A stretch of DNA of 64,000 nt. Origin: Lama glama. Its lineage: Eukaryota. The notes under the pieces were generated by a model. That model searched no databases. It saw only the letters and a list, made by a program, of their open reading frames with translations, and had not been told where the DNA came from. The DNA lies in NCBI GenBank assembly GCA_028534125.1, contig CM052816.1, positions 86,430,001 through 86,494,000 of the forward strand. The letters are read 5' to 3'. Positions 13,725-26,879 of the stretch are shown here, piece by piece (positions within the stretch are counted from its first letter, which is position 1; each line of letters opens with the position of its first letter). A program made the translations under genes and the position numbers.

Positions 13725-14105
13725 AACAAAGTTTTGAAGTTGCTTATGATGAAAAAATAAAATAAAAACACAATTAAGGCTAACAGTCTTGTAGATATTT
13801 TTCTGGAGAGTGCATTATGAGACATGTTGTATCCCATGCTCTGCCATAATTATCATTATGATTATGGGCAAATTATTTAATCCCATGGGGTTCTGGTTTC
13901 ATCATAACTAAAAGCAGAATAGTTGGGTGAGGTTAAATTTGAGACACCCTTACATTCTGTAATTCTATATTAGCATGGCTAATAAAGCAAAAAGAAAAGA
14001 ATACATTTCATAGGTATAAAAAGAGGGGGTAATAACTCTTGAATTACTCAACTTTTCTCTATAAATCTTTTCAAGGAAAGTATTTTTAAGTTATTAAGGT
14101 ATAAT
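13725..14105 (+). repeat. Copy B of the ancient ~400-bp direct duplication
   Basis: ttacattctgtaattctatatta at 13950-13972 and ccatgctctgcca at 13834-13846; offset from copy A about 4.61 kb. Confidence 0.75.
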
Positions 14106-15029
14106 ATGTATAATATGTTTCATTATAAAATTGTGAAAATAGTATATTTAAAATATTAACTTGCATTTTTAAAATTTATATAAATGGTATTTTGCTAAAC
14201 AGTTTCTCTTTTTTCTTATTAACATGATGTATTTTAAAGATTTATAATATTATTTCTACACTTACAGTGTTAAATTTAACTGTTGCACAGTATTTCACTA
14301 TATGCATCTACCAAACTGTAAACAAAAATAACAAACAATCAGCCCTACTCGGAAAGATTCCGATTCAGTTGGTCAACAATAAGAACCAGACATGTTTTTT
14401 GTTTGTATGTTTTTGTTTTTATTTTTTAGATTTCTGTGCATGGTCCTTGCATGGGAATAGAAGCATGAGCCTGACTTCCCCTTAAGTTCTGAATCTTTGT
14501 TTATGATTAATTACTATGGTCATTGTCTCTTGGCTTCTTTAAAATATTGTGATTTGTTGCTCCAAGCTTAAGCTTCTTCAGGATGTTTTAGGGTGACCTG
14601 ATCTTAATGTCAGTTGTTATATGCTGGATTTGATTTACTCTAGTTTTGCATCATTCTAAACAATTGGTACTTACTCTCAAAATGTAGGAACTTTACAAAA
14701 ACGTTATAATTTCCATTCTAATACACCACAGCAGCTTGATTCATTAAAAACATAGGTATTCTTTCATTTCCATCTAATTGTTGGAGAGGGATAAATAAAA
14801 GATGGGAATAGCCTAAAAAAATTACACAGGGAGAGATGAGGGAAAAGAAGAATGCAGTTGGTTTACTAACAATGGCTTGTTTTTAGCTCATCACTGAGTT
14901 ACCCTTAAATTCAGAATAAACTTATTATAACACCACTAAAAATGTATAGAGTATTGTGTTTTCTCTTTCCACTGAAATTTGTCCTCATAACTTCCTCATA
15001 GAATTGTTTATTACTTGTTCATTTATTTA

Positions 15030-16310
15030 TTTAAATAGACTATATTTTACAGTGGTTTTAAGTTCACAGGAAAATTGAGAGTAGGTGCATAGATTCCCCA
15101 AATACCCCTCCCCTGACACATGCACAGCCTCATTATCAGAATCACTCACAAGGTGGTACAACTATTAGAGCTGATGAACCTATGTTGACACATCACAATC
15201 ATCCAGTGTCCAAGGTGCCATTACAGTTACCCTTGATGTTGTATATCCTCTGGGTTCAGACGAAAGTATAATGGCATATGCTCATCATTATGTTATCATA
15301 CAGAGTATTTTTTCACTACCCCAAATTCCTCAGTGCTTCACCTGTTCATCCCCAGTGCCCCCAGCCCCTGGCAACCATGATCATTTTACTGTCTCCATAG
15401 TTTTGCCTTTTCCAGAATATTATACTGTTAAAATTTTTATGTATCCTTTTTCAGATTGGTTTTTTTCACTTAATAATGTGCATTGAAGGTTCCTCTACAT
15501 CTTCATGGCTTCAAAGCTCAGCTCTTTTTAGTGCTAAATAATATTCCATTGTCTGGATGTACCACAGTTTATCCATTCATCTATGGAAGGACATCTTGGT
15601 TGCTTCCATGTTTTGGCAATGGCAGCTGCCATAAACATCCATGTGCAGGTTATTGTATAGATGTAAGTTTTCAGCTCCTTTGGGTAAATACCAAAAAGCA
15701 TGATTATTGGATCATATGGTAAGAGTTTTGTCAGAAACCTCCAAACTGTCATTAAAGTGGCTGTACTATTGTGCATTCCCACCCACAATAAGTAAGAGTT
15801 CTTAACTGCTTCACATCCTCCACAAAGGGTGTTGTCAGTGTTCCAGATCTGGGCCGTTCAAATAAATGGGTAGTGGTATCTCACTGTTATTTAATGTGTA
15901 TTTCCTGATAACAGGAAATCTGGGTGACCTTTTCATGTGCTTATTTGCCATCTTTGTATCTTCTCTAGTGAGGTGTCTCCTAATTTAAATTGAGTTTTGT
16001 TTCTTTATTGTTGATTTTAAGAGAGCTTTGTAAATTTTATCAATGTCCTTTATCAGATGTGTCTTTTGTAAATATTTTCTTCCAGTTTGTGGTCTATCTT
16101 CTCATTCTCTTGAGGTTGTCTTTTGCAGAGCAGAAGTCTTTGATTTGAATGAAGTTCAGCTTCTCAATTTTTTTCTTTCAAGGATTATGACTTTGATATT
16201 GCACCTTAATGTTACTCACATAGCTGAGTTCCTTTACATTTCTTCCTATGCTATCTTCTAAAGGTTTTATAGCTTGTGTTTTACACTTAGGTCTCTGATC
16301 CGTTTTGATC
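15030..16310 (-). mobile_element. L1 (L1MC1-like) 3' end, degraded
   Basis: ORF 15534-15788 (-) LLPYDPIIMLFGIYPKELKTY...AAIAKTWKQPRCPSIDEWIN is the L1 ORF2 C-terminus; adjacent 3'UTR motifs. Confidence 0.88.
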
Positions 16311-19300
16311 AAATGCAAATTTGTACCAAACACATATTTCTGAAGTGACTAATATACAGTATGAAATTTATGTTAATCCCCCTGAGATTTCTACTTTAAA
16401 ATTCCACAAATATTCAGTTCTATTCACATTTTTATCATATATAAACATTAGCATTATATTTACAAAAATGAAATTATGTAATACTTTAAAACATTAAATA
16501 ATAAAAGGAATACTAGTTACTACTTACTGGCATAATGGGTGCCAGTTATTACTAGGCAATTTAGGTGCTGTAATTTACACAACACTATTGCAATACAAGG
16601 ATTGCTATTCTTGCTTTACCAAGAGGAAACTGAAGCTTGGAGAGGCTACTTATTATATCTAGTTACTTAGCTAATAAATTTTAGAGCAAGGATTCAAATC
16701 TAGTACTATCTTATCAGGAAACTTGGATTAATTCACTGGAGTGTACTAGGCATATCAGTAAATAGGTGTAAAACATCAGAGAAAAAACACAACTTTATTT
16801 GATCTTGTTTTCGTGGGTAGAGCTCTTGTTGAATACATAAATTTATCGCTACTAAATTTCAACCTATAATTGCTTTACTCTTAAGATAGTGACAACCACT
16901 TATAGAGGAAAAAACCCTGGAGTTTCAACTTCAGCATGTATTAACAGCCAAGATTCCTTAGGAACATGACCTAATCTCTCAAAGTCTCAGTTTCCATATT
17001 TTTAAAGGAAATAATAACATCTATTGATACAAGTTGTAATTCTGGATATCAAAATAGAAGAGGAATATGCAAACCCTTTAAAATCAAGCAAGCCCCTTCT
17101 GAGTGCATTGCGTTATTTTAACTTAGGACACACATCAGTGGAAAAGGACAGCAGCTTCTAACAAAAAGCACATTTAATTCAACGCAGTTTTTTTTACGTC
17201 AGTGCAAAGAGGAATCTAAAGGAAATACTCAGAAATGGAAGTGGCAGTGTAAGTAATAATTATTTGTTGGCCACATGCTACATTGTTGATGAGGCTTTCT
17301 TCCCAACATATTTTCCTGCTGGCCTGTTTAGTATGCTGGAAACATGTGAGTCAAAGGAAACATGTAGAATATTAAAACACACACATACAGAGAAGTGGAA
17401 ATATTTCCAAATGAAACATCATCATCTTGTCTTTAATTTAACCAACATAAAGTACAGAAGATCTTGCTTTTAGTTGAGCAGCTGGGATCATGGATTACTA
17501 ATGTAACATCATCCATAAATGTTAAGTTAAAACAAGACAGAAATAGTTAGATGTTCACAAATTTGGAGATAAAATAATGAAAACTGGTAAGTAAGTTCTT
17601 TTACAGTAAAGATATGAAAGTAACACAATATTAAAAAGTCATACTTTAAAACATGACTTTAAACACACTTTAAAAACATGAAATAAATGTGTGACCATAT
17701 ATTTAATTTGTTGTCTGGCCAAAAACAAAATAGCAACTGAAATCTGGCCTATACAATAAGTAAATTGATTTTTTTTTCTATTTTAACCAGCTAAAACAGT
17801 TCTAAATTTTTATTCTCCATTTTTTAAATAGTAGTTTTAAACTAGATTGTAATAGTTCTTTCTTATGAAAATTGGGCCTTGTTTTTAAAGCCTCACTTTG
17901 CAACCAGCTTTTTTTTTCAACCTTTCAGTTTACTGTTTTATAACTTTTCATTGTCCATTGCATGCATTCTTTGTAGTATCTTAACCACAATTTTCAGAAC
18001 ACACTTTCTTTTACCTGATATGTTTTCAGTCAACCAGTATTCTGAGTTTTCTCTTCCAATATACACAACTCTCAACATATTTTTAAGATAAAGAAAATAC
18101 TCCAGTGTGAGTCAGTTCAACAGTGAAATGTCTGAAGGAAGTGTTGTTGATTGGATATTGATCTAGGGTCAGTTTATGCACATTGTAGCTCTGCACTCAG
18201 TTAGTTTAAAAAAAAAAAGGTAATTCATTAAGGTAGTTTCTTTTATGTGCCCAGATATACATTTGTATACACAAATGAATAGCTAAGAAATGTCACAACC
18301 AAATAATACATTTCAACAGACATCTATTTTATTACTAAAATTGGCTGTGATTTACACCGTGGTTAAAGTACATTTGTAGGATGATTTGCCTGAAGAGTGA
18401 AACGACCACAACCCATTCATACCTAACGGCATGTTTATTTGTGTGCACTAATAATATGAAATGCGGAATCAAATGTACAGTTTTATGAGAACTGTCCTGC
18501 TGAAAAGACCAGTTAAGACAAATAATTCGTACTAGGCAAACCCTCCTGGCCATACTGCCCCAAGCAAAATGTTTGCTTTTAAAGGATGAGATTAAAAGTT
18601 ACTAAAAAATAAACAACAGAAGGACGCTGAATGAGATAGAACTTGATTCATGAGAAAACATACTGGATCTTAAAACACGTACATGTAAAATATTTTAATA
18701 ATTAATGCGTGTTAAATTTCATGTTGACAGGTCACCACAGGGCAAAAACAAAATCATCTTTGTCACTGAACATCTTGATTCTGACAATGTGTACATGCTT
18801 TGTGTTTGTTGAACCAAGCTGTTATATGTTGTAATAATCAAGATATCTCTTCTTACAATATTTCTTTGATTTTTTTACTTCCCTGTTTCTTTTTCTCTCC
18901 CAATTTTTATGCTGACACCTTTATTTCTTGACTCTGATCTTGTTGTTGTTGTTCAGTCTCAAAAACATACCCTGAGAAGGGTCATGAATTTTAATATCTC
19001 TTAAGATACATATTTATTAATCCTTTGGGGGGATTGAATAGAATTATCCATATAAAGTGTAGTCATATAAAATAAAATTTTTTTTTCTAAATTAGTCCTC
19101 CAGACTAATTATGATTTTTAAAATTTATCCCAATAGCTTTTATTACTTTACTTAAATTCTTGTAATTATTTTTCATAATATCTTTGCTTGTTAAACATAA
19201 ATAATAATTTAGGAGAATATTTGAAATTTTGAATGTTCTGGGAAATTCTGAATACTGATCAAAGCTTATAATAGTGAAGTTTCAAACAAAATTAGTGATG

Positions 19301-21779
19301 TGAATTGTATGTCATTGCTGTATAGCCAAATATCCTGAGATGATAAAATATACTAGCTTTAGTTACAGAAAGTTTGCCCAAGAACATAAGTAATTCTCAA
19401 CATTACTTACTAAAAGTGCTACAGATTTTTATCACTTAAATAATCTTTGGTTACATTGTACTTATTTTTTACTTTCAGCTTAAAAATTATAATTTGTCTT
19501 TTTTTCTTTCTCTTATGCTTATTTTGCTTAATATCACATAAATTATAATAGGCACAAAAGTATTTTATTCTTATACTTTCCCTCTTGTTTCAAAAGACTT
19601 GAATTCTGTGGCTAGTTATGTTGTAAGTGAAATATAAAACTCATGTAATGATTTCTCAAAGGAATTGAAAACAATTAAATTAAATTCTTGCTTGAGAAGA
19701 TTGCCAAGCATCATTAGTTGCATCTTCAATCTATTCTATTCATCTTATTTTGTTTAGTGACTATAACAATTTTTAAGTAATTGTTAAATTCATCAGGGAG
19801 GGTTTAGTTGGAACATCATCCAGTTGCTGCAGAAGCTGAAGTAGTTATTTGTCCTTGTTGACACATATGTTTATTTATTGGCAAACTTGGGCCTTTTTTT
19901 TTTTAACTGACTGGAAATAAGTTCTGTGAATTTATCTCCTTCTCTTTCCACTTGACTGATGACTAAAAGATGCAAGCAAACAACTTAGCTGAAAAATGAA
20001 ATTAAGCTATAGAATCTTAATGGTGTGTAGTCTTTATTTTTATGTGAAGAGGATCACAAATGAAATTAAACACAAAATTACATGGAAATATATGGAACCT
20101 TCTTTTTTTTTTCCAACCAGCATTTGTTTCTATTTTACTAAAATCAGATTGGCTATAAATTGAAAATGACACAATGAGAAATAAGAATGATTATTTAAGG
20201 GTATTAAAATAGGAGAAAAAATATCAAGCCTTTCATAGCTGGCGATAAAATCAAATTACAAGTAATGCAAAAAAAGTAGAAAATGTCAGCTTAAAATATT
20301 TTCAAGAAGATATTAATGGTAAATTGAAAGCCTCTAAATTGAAGAGTAGAAAATAAAATAACAAATACAAAATAAAAAAGGAATTCATTTTAATAACCTC
20401 ATTTTTGTCTATGTTCAAAGTGGTAGTATGTAGTACTAACAACAGAAAGTTATCCGCTGTGTCACCACATCACCACCACACATACACATTAACATTTTTC
20501 ATAGAATTTACACAAAAGAAGTGAGGTACTTTAGGCAAACTTGAAAAGAAGAACACCTTCAAATATAGTTTATAGTTATGATTTTAAAGAAAAAATATGA
20601 ACAATCTTGAGATTAAATCTCATCAACTTGGTTTTAAATTATTTCAAATGTTTGAGAACATATATAAAAATATTTTTGTGAACTCTAGAAAACAAGTGAA
20701 TGTATCATAATTACCCATGAGTAATAATAAAAAGAAATTATGCTCAATTAATATAGGTTGTCATATGTACAGTCATACCTTGGTCTCTATTATAGACCAA
20801 TGTGCTGCTTTGTAATAAGGATGTATTAAATATTCTATTAAATTGTATCAATATTTTAAATCTATTCCTGATAATTTTCTATTCATTAAACTTTAAAACA
20901 TCATCCAAGTAATTACTATTTAATGGATAGTTCAATCAAAAATTTTGTTTAACCATTAGTGATAGAACTTCAAGAGATTTTTCAGTAAGGATGAAGCTTA
21001 GTGATTTAATTCAACCTTATGTAAAAGACCTCTTGAGCTAATGATACAAAACAACTACATTTAATAGATTTTAAATATCCCTGAAATTTGGAGACTCAAC
21101 AGCAAAAAATAAAAACAAAGTTAACACAACCTGCACAGTTATGTTTTATTTAGTAATGTAAGTTAAAACACAATTATTTGTGGTGCAATTAGAGCCTACA
21201 GTTTTAATTTTACTCAGTATAACTGCACTATTTTTTTCTTTAAAGTAGATTTCTACATGGTAGCCTAAACACTCTTGGTTGTCTCCTTTCCCACCTAAAG
21301 AAGAAGAAAATGAAATGATAAGTATAGATGAGAAGCAAAGGGAACAAACTGATGAGCTTTCAGATGAATAAAAATTCTGAAGACTTTATGGGCAACTAAA
21401 AGTGTAGTGGCCACAGTGATAGCTCCTCCAATCACCAGAACAGAAGTGGGCATTAATGAGAGTAGGACAGAAGAAAGCTGAGAGGAAAGTGAGTATTATT
21501 TGGAAGAGAGTATTATTTTCAACTTTAATTTGGACTCGTTGGTTATTTAGTTTATTTCCTCCTCCTTGAATGTCTTCTCCTCCCCCTCCCACCTCTACTA
21601 ATAACATAAGCAAAACATCCAAACAGATATCTTCCTAGAAGTGATTATGGCTCTCAAATTGTTTGTTAGTAACACCCAATGTTTGTGTACAGCAGTGGAG
21701 ATGGGAGCTCATCACCTTCATGCTCCCCATGTGCACAATTTAATTGGAAGTTCTCAATCCCGATAGACAAGAGTCCATC

Positions 21780-22226
21780 CTTACTGGAAGGTGATTTTTC
21801 ATTAGTCTCTCACATTTCTTCACATCTAGATACTAACGGTCATTTTGCTTAGGTTAGCTTAATTTGAGAATAGTACAAATAGAAAACATCTCACTCCCCA
21901 GTGATATTCCAGGATAGTAGATAAAAGCCTCTCCCTTTCCTTCCTGATGAGGATTTGCTTGCTTCCCAGGGAAATAAAGACAGTGCTAGAACTTCCCCTG
22001 GGGACTCCCCATTGTAGATCCGCTATGTGCACAGTGGGTCTGTGATGCCCATCAGCCCTGGGGACTTGGGAGCAAGGGGAACTGAGACAAACATGCTGCC
22101 TGCTCTGCTTACAGTAATTAACTGTCTAAACTGGTTTTGAAACTTTGTGTCTTTAGTGGCCAAGTCTATGGAAGTGTGGCAAGCTAACCTAGCAGCTGCC
22201 ACCATGCACTGCCTGGCTGCTTGACA
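21780..22226 (+). mobile_element. LTR40-like ERVL LTR
   Basis: ggacttgggagcaaggggaactgagacaaacatg...gtgtggcaagctaacctagcagc...ttgaca resembles LTR40; left boundary uncertain. Confidence 0.5.
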
Positions 22227-22853
22227 GTCCCATTTGGACAGCGTGTTGCCCTCATGGTTATTTAATGGTCAGGCTTGTAAGGAAGAAGAAAAGTCATTTA
22301 AGCCTCTAATGAACCTTTTACACAAATGTAAAAGAATAACAAAACGTTCACTAACACTTTGGAAAGTCCTGCAGCATAAAAAAAGAACTTCATTTAATAA
22401 ATAGAGCATCAATCTCTGGTGGAATGAGAAATAAGTCAGAGAAAAGTAAAGAACTTTAGAATAATGAAATTACTTCTTCCAAGAAAGAGGGAAAATGTAG
22501 GATATTTTTATAAGAAGGCTTATTTGAAACAAACAAAAATTTTATTTCAAATTATAAATAATCAAAGCAAATTTAAAAGGGATGGTCTAAATAAAACAGT
22601 CAAGGATAACTCCAGAAGGTCTAATATGTTTTCTAATAGAAAATCTAGAAAATGAGGAAAAGAGAGAGAGAGAGAAAAGATCAAATAATGCAGAGATAAT
22701 CAAATATTAAACAACATAATTTTTTCCCCAAAGCTGAGGAAAGACATCAATAATCATACCGAAAGGACTCCATAAAACATTAAACTGAAGGTGCTTAAAT
22801 TTCTATCATTACAAAATTTTAAAACAATAAGGACAAGATCTTCAGTGTAAATA

Positions 22854-23353
22854 NNNNNNNNNNNNNNNNNNNNNNNNNNNNNNNNNNNNNNNNNNNNNNN
22901 NNNNNNNNNNNNNNNNNNNNNNNNNNNNNNNNNNNNNNNNNNNNNNNNNNNNNNNNNNNNNNNNNNNNNNNNNNNNNNNNNNNNNNNNNNNNNNNNNNNN
23001 NNNNNNNNNNNNNNNNNNNNNNNNNNNNNNNNNNNNNNNNNNNNNNNNNNNNNNNNNNNNNNNNNNNNNNNNNNNNNNNNNNNNNNNNNNNNNNNNNNNN
23101 NNNNNNNNNNNNNNNNNNNNNNNNNNNNNNNNNNNNNNNNNNNNNNNNNNNNNNNNNNNNNNNNNNNNNNNNNNNNNNNNNNNNNNNNNNNNNNNNNNNN
23201 NNNNNNNNNNNNNNNNNNNNNNNNNNNNNNNNNNNNNNNNNNNNNNNNNNNNNNNNNNNNNNNNNNNNNNNNNNNNNNNNNNNNNNNNNNNNNNNNNNNN
23301 NNNNNNNNNNNNNNNNNNNNNNNNNNNNNNNNNNNNNNNNNNNNNNNNNNNNN
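22854..23353. other. Assembly gap (500 N)
   Basis: Run of exactly 500 N. Confidence 0.99.
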
Positions 23354-23479
23354 CTCTTGATTAGGGAGTAGCGAGTTACTGAAAGAGGATATAGACTGGA
23401 AATACTGTTGCAGTCATCTGTGGAAAATACTATCTGCTACTTACACATAATTTTTTAAAAAAGTGAATTCACATAGAAA

Positions 23480-24030
23480 AAATAGTCTTTAGAATTTAAA
23501 GGTATAATAACAAACATAAAAAGCTCAATGGATGATGTGGAGAGTAACATTTGGAACATAATTAAGAAAGGAAAGTAAGAAGACAAAGAAATAGAAAATC
23601 AGAGCTAAAGGAGGATGGAATTAAAGGGAAAAACAGTGAGAACCAGTGTCTGAATAATAGGAGTTCCGGAACAAGAAAAATGGAAGAGAAGGCATATCAA
23701 TGAAAAATTAATTAGAATGTCTGAGGAACAGAATGGTATGGGATTGCAGAATGAGAGTTCTGCCTGGTGAGTATCCTGCAATTTTGACAGAAATATACAA
23801 ACACCAAAGAACAATACCATACATTTCCAGAAATCTACACAGACAAAAGCTTCTATGAAGCTCCCAAAGAAAAATAGATCCATGGGTCTCATGCAAAGAT
23901 CAGGCATCAGAAAGACTACAGATTTCTTACCAGCAATACTAATATGAAGAAGACGATGGAGTATTATATTCCATATTCTCAAGAAAAATGATATCCAGCC
24001 TTGCTTTTCTTGTCCCACAAGACAATACTT
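23480..24030 (+). mobile_element. Degraded L1/HAL1 ORF1 region
   Basis: Plus-strand remnants IIGVPEQEK and IRKTTDFLPAIL*RRRWSIIFHILKKNDIQP match L1 ORF1p motifs. Confidence 0.7.
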
Positions 24031-24491
24031 GTACATTCAATAGTTGGATGTCACATCAAAATCAAAGAGTGAAAAACAGCAAAAAGGGAAAATACACTGA
24101 AGAGTGGAGAGACAAAGGATTCTGATGAAGAAAAATCAGTGGCTAACAGTTGTGAGCAAAGTTTGGATCTTAAACTGTCTCCTTTGGAACATGTCAGAAG
24201 GTATTGAGAGGTCGTCTTCAGAAAAAAGATGAAACCTGTTTAGCCTTAGCAGCTTGAGGAAATTAAGGTAGTTGTGGAAGAGTTTGTGGTTGAAATAAAG
24301 GGAAAGAAGCACAGAAAATGAAGAATTTAAATAATTTGTATTTGCGAGGAAAGGAAAAAGCAAGAGTGGCGTTAAAGATATTTTGTTGGAGAGGAAACTT
24401 AATCATTGTGGGGCTGGAGGAATGAAACCAAAATCAACTCTGTTTTTAAAAATCGACCTTAATCATATTTACAAAGAAAGATTGAAACTAA

Positions 24492-24983
24492 TGCTTAGAG
24501 GAAGAAAAATTTTCCCTTCTTCCCTTCCAGGTTCTTTCGCGAGCCTAATAATTAAATTGAAATAAGATAAATTAACAGGAAGAAAACAAATTTAATTTTG
24601 GACAAGTCAGAGTCCCAAAGAAGTAACCAAAGTAGGCAGCTTTTATATCTTTTAGACAAAGAAACAATACTTTGTGAAGAATTGGCAAAAAAAAAAAAAA
24701 AGGAGGGGGGTTTGGGATTGAGGTAGTAAATTAATGAAAAAGTAACAAGTTTTGTTTATACAGCCTTCTTGGCCCTGAATTCCCTGTCTCTGGCGATAAG
24801 GATGCCTTCTACCCTCGAGGTGAAGGGATGGCAGCCTTCACATGGGGAATTTATTTCCTGCTTTCAGGACAAAGGAGGGTCAGAAAATCTTTGTTGCACC
24901 TGCTCTTTCTAGAGTAACTTTAATTCAAAATAATTAATATGCCAAAGTGACATATTTGGGGGCAGCCTGCACTGAATCCCATA
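24492..24983 (-). mobile_element. 3' LTR of an ERV1 provirus, MER39/LTR39-like (MER34 group)
   Basis: On - it starts tatgggattcagtgcaggctgcccccaaatatgtcactttggcatattaattattttgaattaaag, preceded by a PPT-like ttcagaggagggacc; it ends ...aaaatttttcttcctctaagca. Confidence 0.75.
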
Positions 24984-25039
24984 AGGTCCCTCCTCTGAAA
25001 ATTTCCTGTAAGTTTCGTATATTTAAAGCTGAGCTGGTG

Positions 25040-26580
25040 ACTGTGGAGAACAGAACTGGGTTAGTTGCTGGGTGGTAAGAGATCTGCAAAGGGAGGAAAG
25101 ATTAGACTGAGAATGAAAAACAAAACAAAAAAAGATCAAATTGAAGCACATTTCCTCATACCCCATTAAACCAGCCCCCTAATCCTTGGAATAGACCAGT
25201 CCAATAAAATGGCTCTGCTTCATTTATCTGATGGAAAATATTAATCTTCTCTTTTAATAGATGTAAGGTAGACACTATTTGTTTCTGTTTGATTTACACA
25301 GAAGCGACATTCCCCCACTGACGGCATAAGCTCCTCCCTCCTGGGCAGTCAGTGCACCTATTAAGGACACTCCAGTTTAGAGTGCGACACAGGCTAGGCT
25401 GTTCACTTCTGCCTGGAGCAGAGCTCAAGTTCACATAGTGGTATTGAACTCTTGTTCTGTTACCATAAAAAGATTCAAGACCACCTTTTCCCCTTCATAA
25501 GTTCTAAAGCTTGGAACTATGGTCCTCAACACTGAAAATAACTTGGGGTGGTGAGACACAAGTGTACTATCCTGTGATTTTTCATCCGATATCTTTATAT
25601 GGCATGTCTTTATGGACAGAGGAGCTTAAGTTTGTAATTGGCTGGTATTTAAGGTAGAGTTGTCTGGTGACAGAAGAAGCGAAGTATCGGAGTCCATAAC
25701 ATCCTGACCATTTAGATGGGAACACTTTATATATCTCGTTGTCACATAACATAAAAAGACTGGTGTGACTCAAAGACAAGGTCAGAGTGAGTCTATAATT
25801 TTGCAGACCTGGGGATTCTGTGCTGCTGGTAATGTTAGCATCCACGTATCTCCACTTTCCATGTACTCCTGTCAGTTTGTAAGATTTCACAAGTTGTGAA
25901 ATCGCTGCAATTTGGCTTGGCAGCTATAAAGTTTAGTTTTGTCATCTGGTCCAGATTTTCGGTCCACTCATGTGTGTAGTTTGGGGTATTGGGCAGTCTA
26001 ATTAGCAGAGCAGTCGAGACACAGCCCAAGTCGTGCAGGGGTGGACTGTGAACCATCTTAAATATTTGGAGATTTGGCAAACATCTGTGCATAAAAGGCA
26101 GTGCTAGAGTCACCTGACAGGTTTGAAGATGTCATTTATGGACTCAAGCCAGAATTTGGCTGCAATATTGCCCTGGTATGTCACCCAGGAAAGATCCAGG
26201 GACATGTCTGTTTTTAATATAAAGGGAAAAATTTTCACCAATTGTCTTCATCTGGTGAAGTCCCTGAGTTTCTACAGAGATTTTCCTGGGCCTACATAAC
26301 TCACTAGAAGAAGAGGCAGACTGATTTTTCTCTAGCCATGGGTACCATGCGCTGTCGTTCCTTCATCTTCTGCATTTAGTTCACTAGGTATTCACACCGG
26401 CAGAAATGAGAACTAGTTCAGACTCACGATAGATGTTGACATAACCAACAGTTAGTCTGATTAGTTAGCATGACCAGGGTTTGGTGAACTGGCGTAAGGG
26501 GGTGTATGGCTTAAAAGTAATAGTTAATAAGGGCAAGACCCAGGTTGAGAGAAAGCGCATAGTGAAAACGGGGAGTAGAA
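25040..26580 (-). pseudogene. Degenerate retroviral env, MER34/HEMO-like (signal peptide, SU, TM)
   Basis: Manual - strand translation gives LTNQTNCWLCQHL, GENFSLYIKN..GSFLGDIPGQYCSQIL, LTGVHGKWRYVDANIT, SLFMLCDNEIYKVFPSKWSGCYGL, LRTIVPSFRTYEGEKVVLNL..EQEFNTT, QAEVNSLACVAL..ALTAQEGGA and FYWTGLFQGLGGWF. Many stops and frameshifts. Confidence 0.88.
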
Positions 26581-26879
26581 CTGGGAAACAAGTGACCTCC
26601 AGTCGGCGTTCTAATACATGATTAAATTAATGTGGAAGAAAAAAAGTGTTCTTTAATAAGAAAAGGTGTCTTTTGTTTGCTTTGTTGTATTTATTCATGT
26701 ATTTATTCGCTTGTGTATGGGGAGTCTATAAAGGAGGTGGGGGGTAGGTGAAAGTGAACTTTCTTGATCCCTGTTCTAGGGCAGAGTTGTCTGCTTTATG
26801 ATGCCATCTGCTTCTGGAGACTGGGAACCGGCTCTGGAAAGCTTCCTTAAAGGTCACCTATAGAGATTGTCTTCCAGTT

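Noticed and set aside
23605..24036. 143-aa minus-strand ORF (likewise 46143-46574 and 12646-13038)
   Set aside because: Antisense frames of L1 sequence with no protein-like features.
25582..26113. Domesticated, functional env (syncytin/HEMO orthologue)
   Set aside because: Multiple stops and frameshifts starting right after CWLC; longest open pieces are ~100 aa; wrong syntenic context for HEMO.
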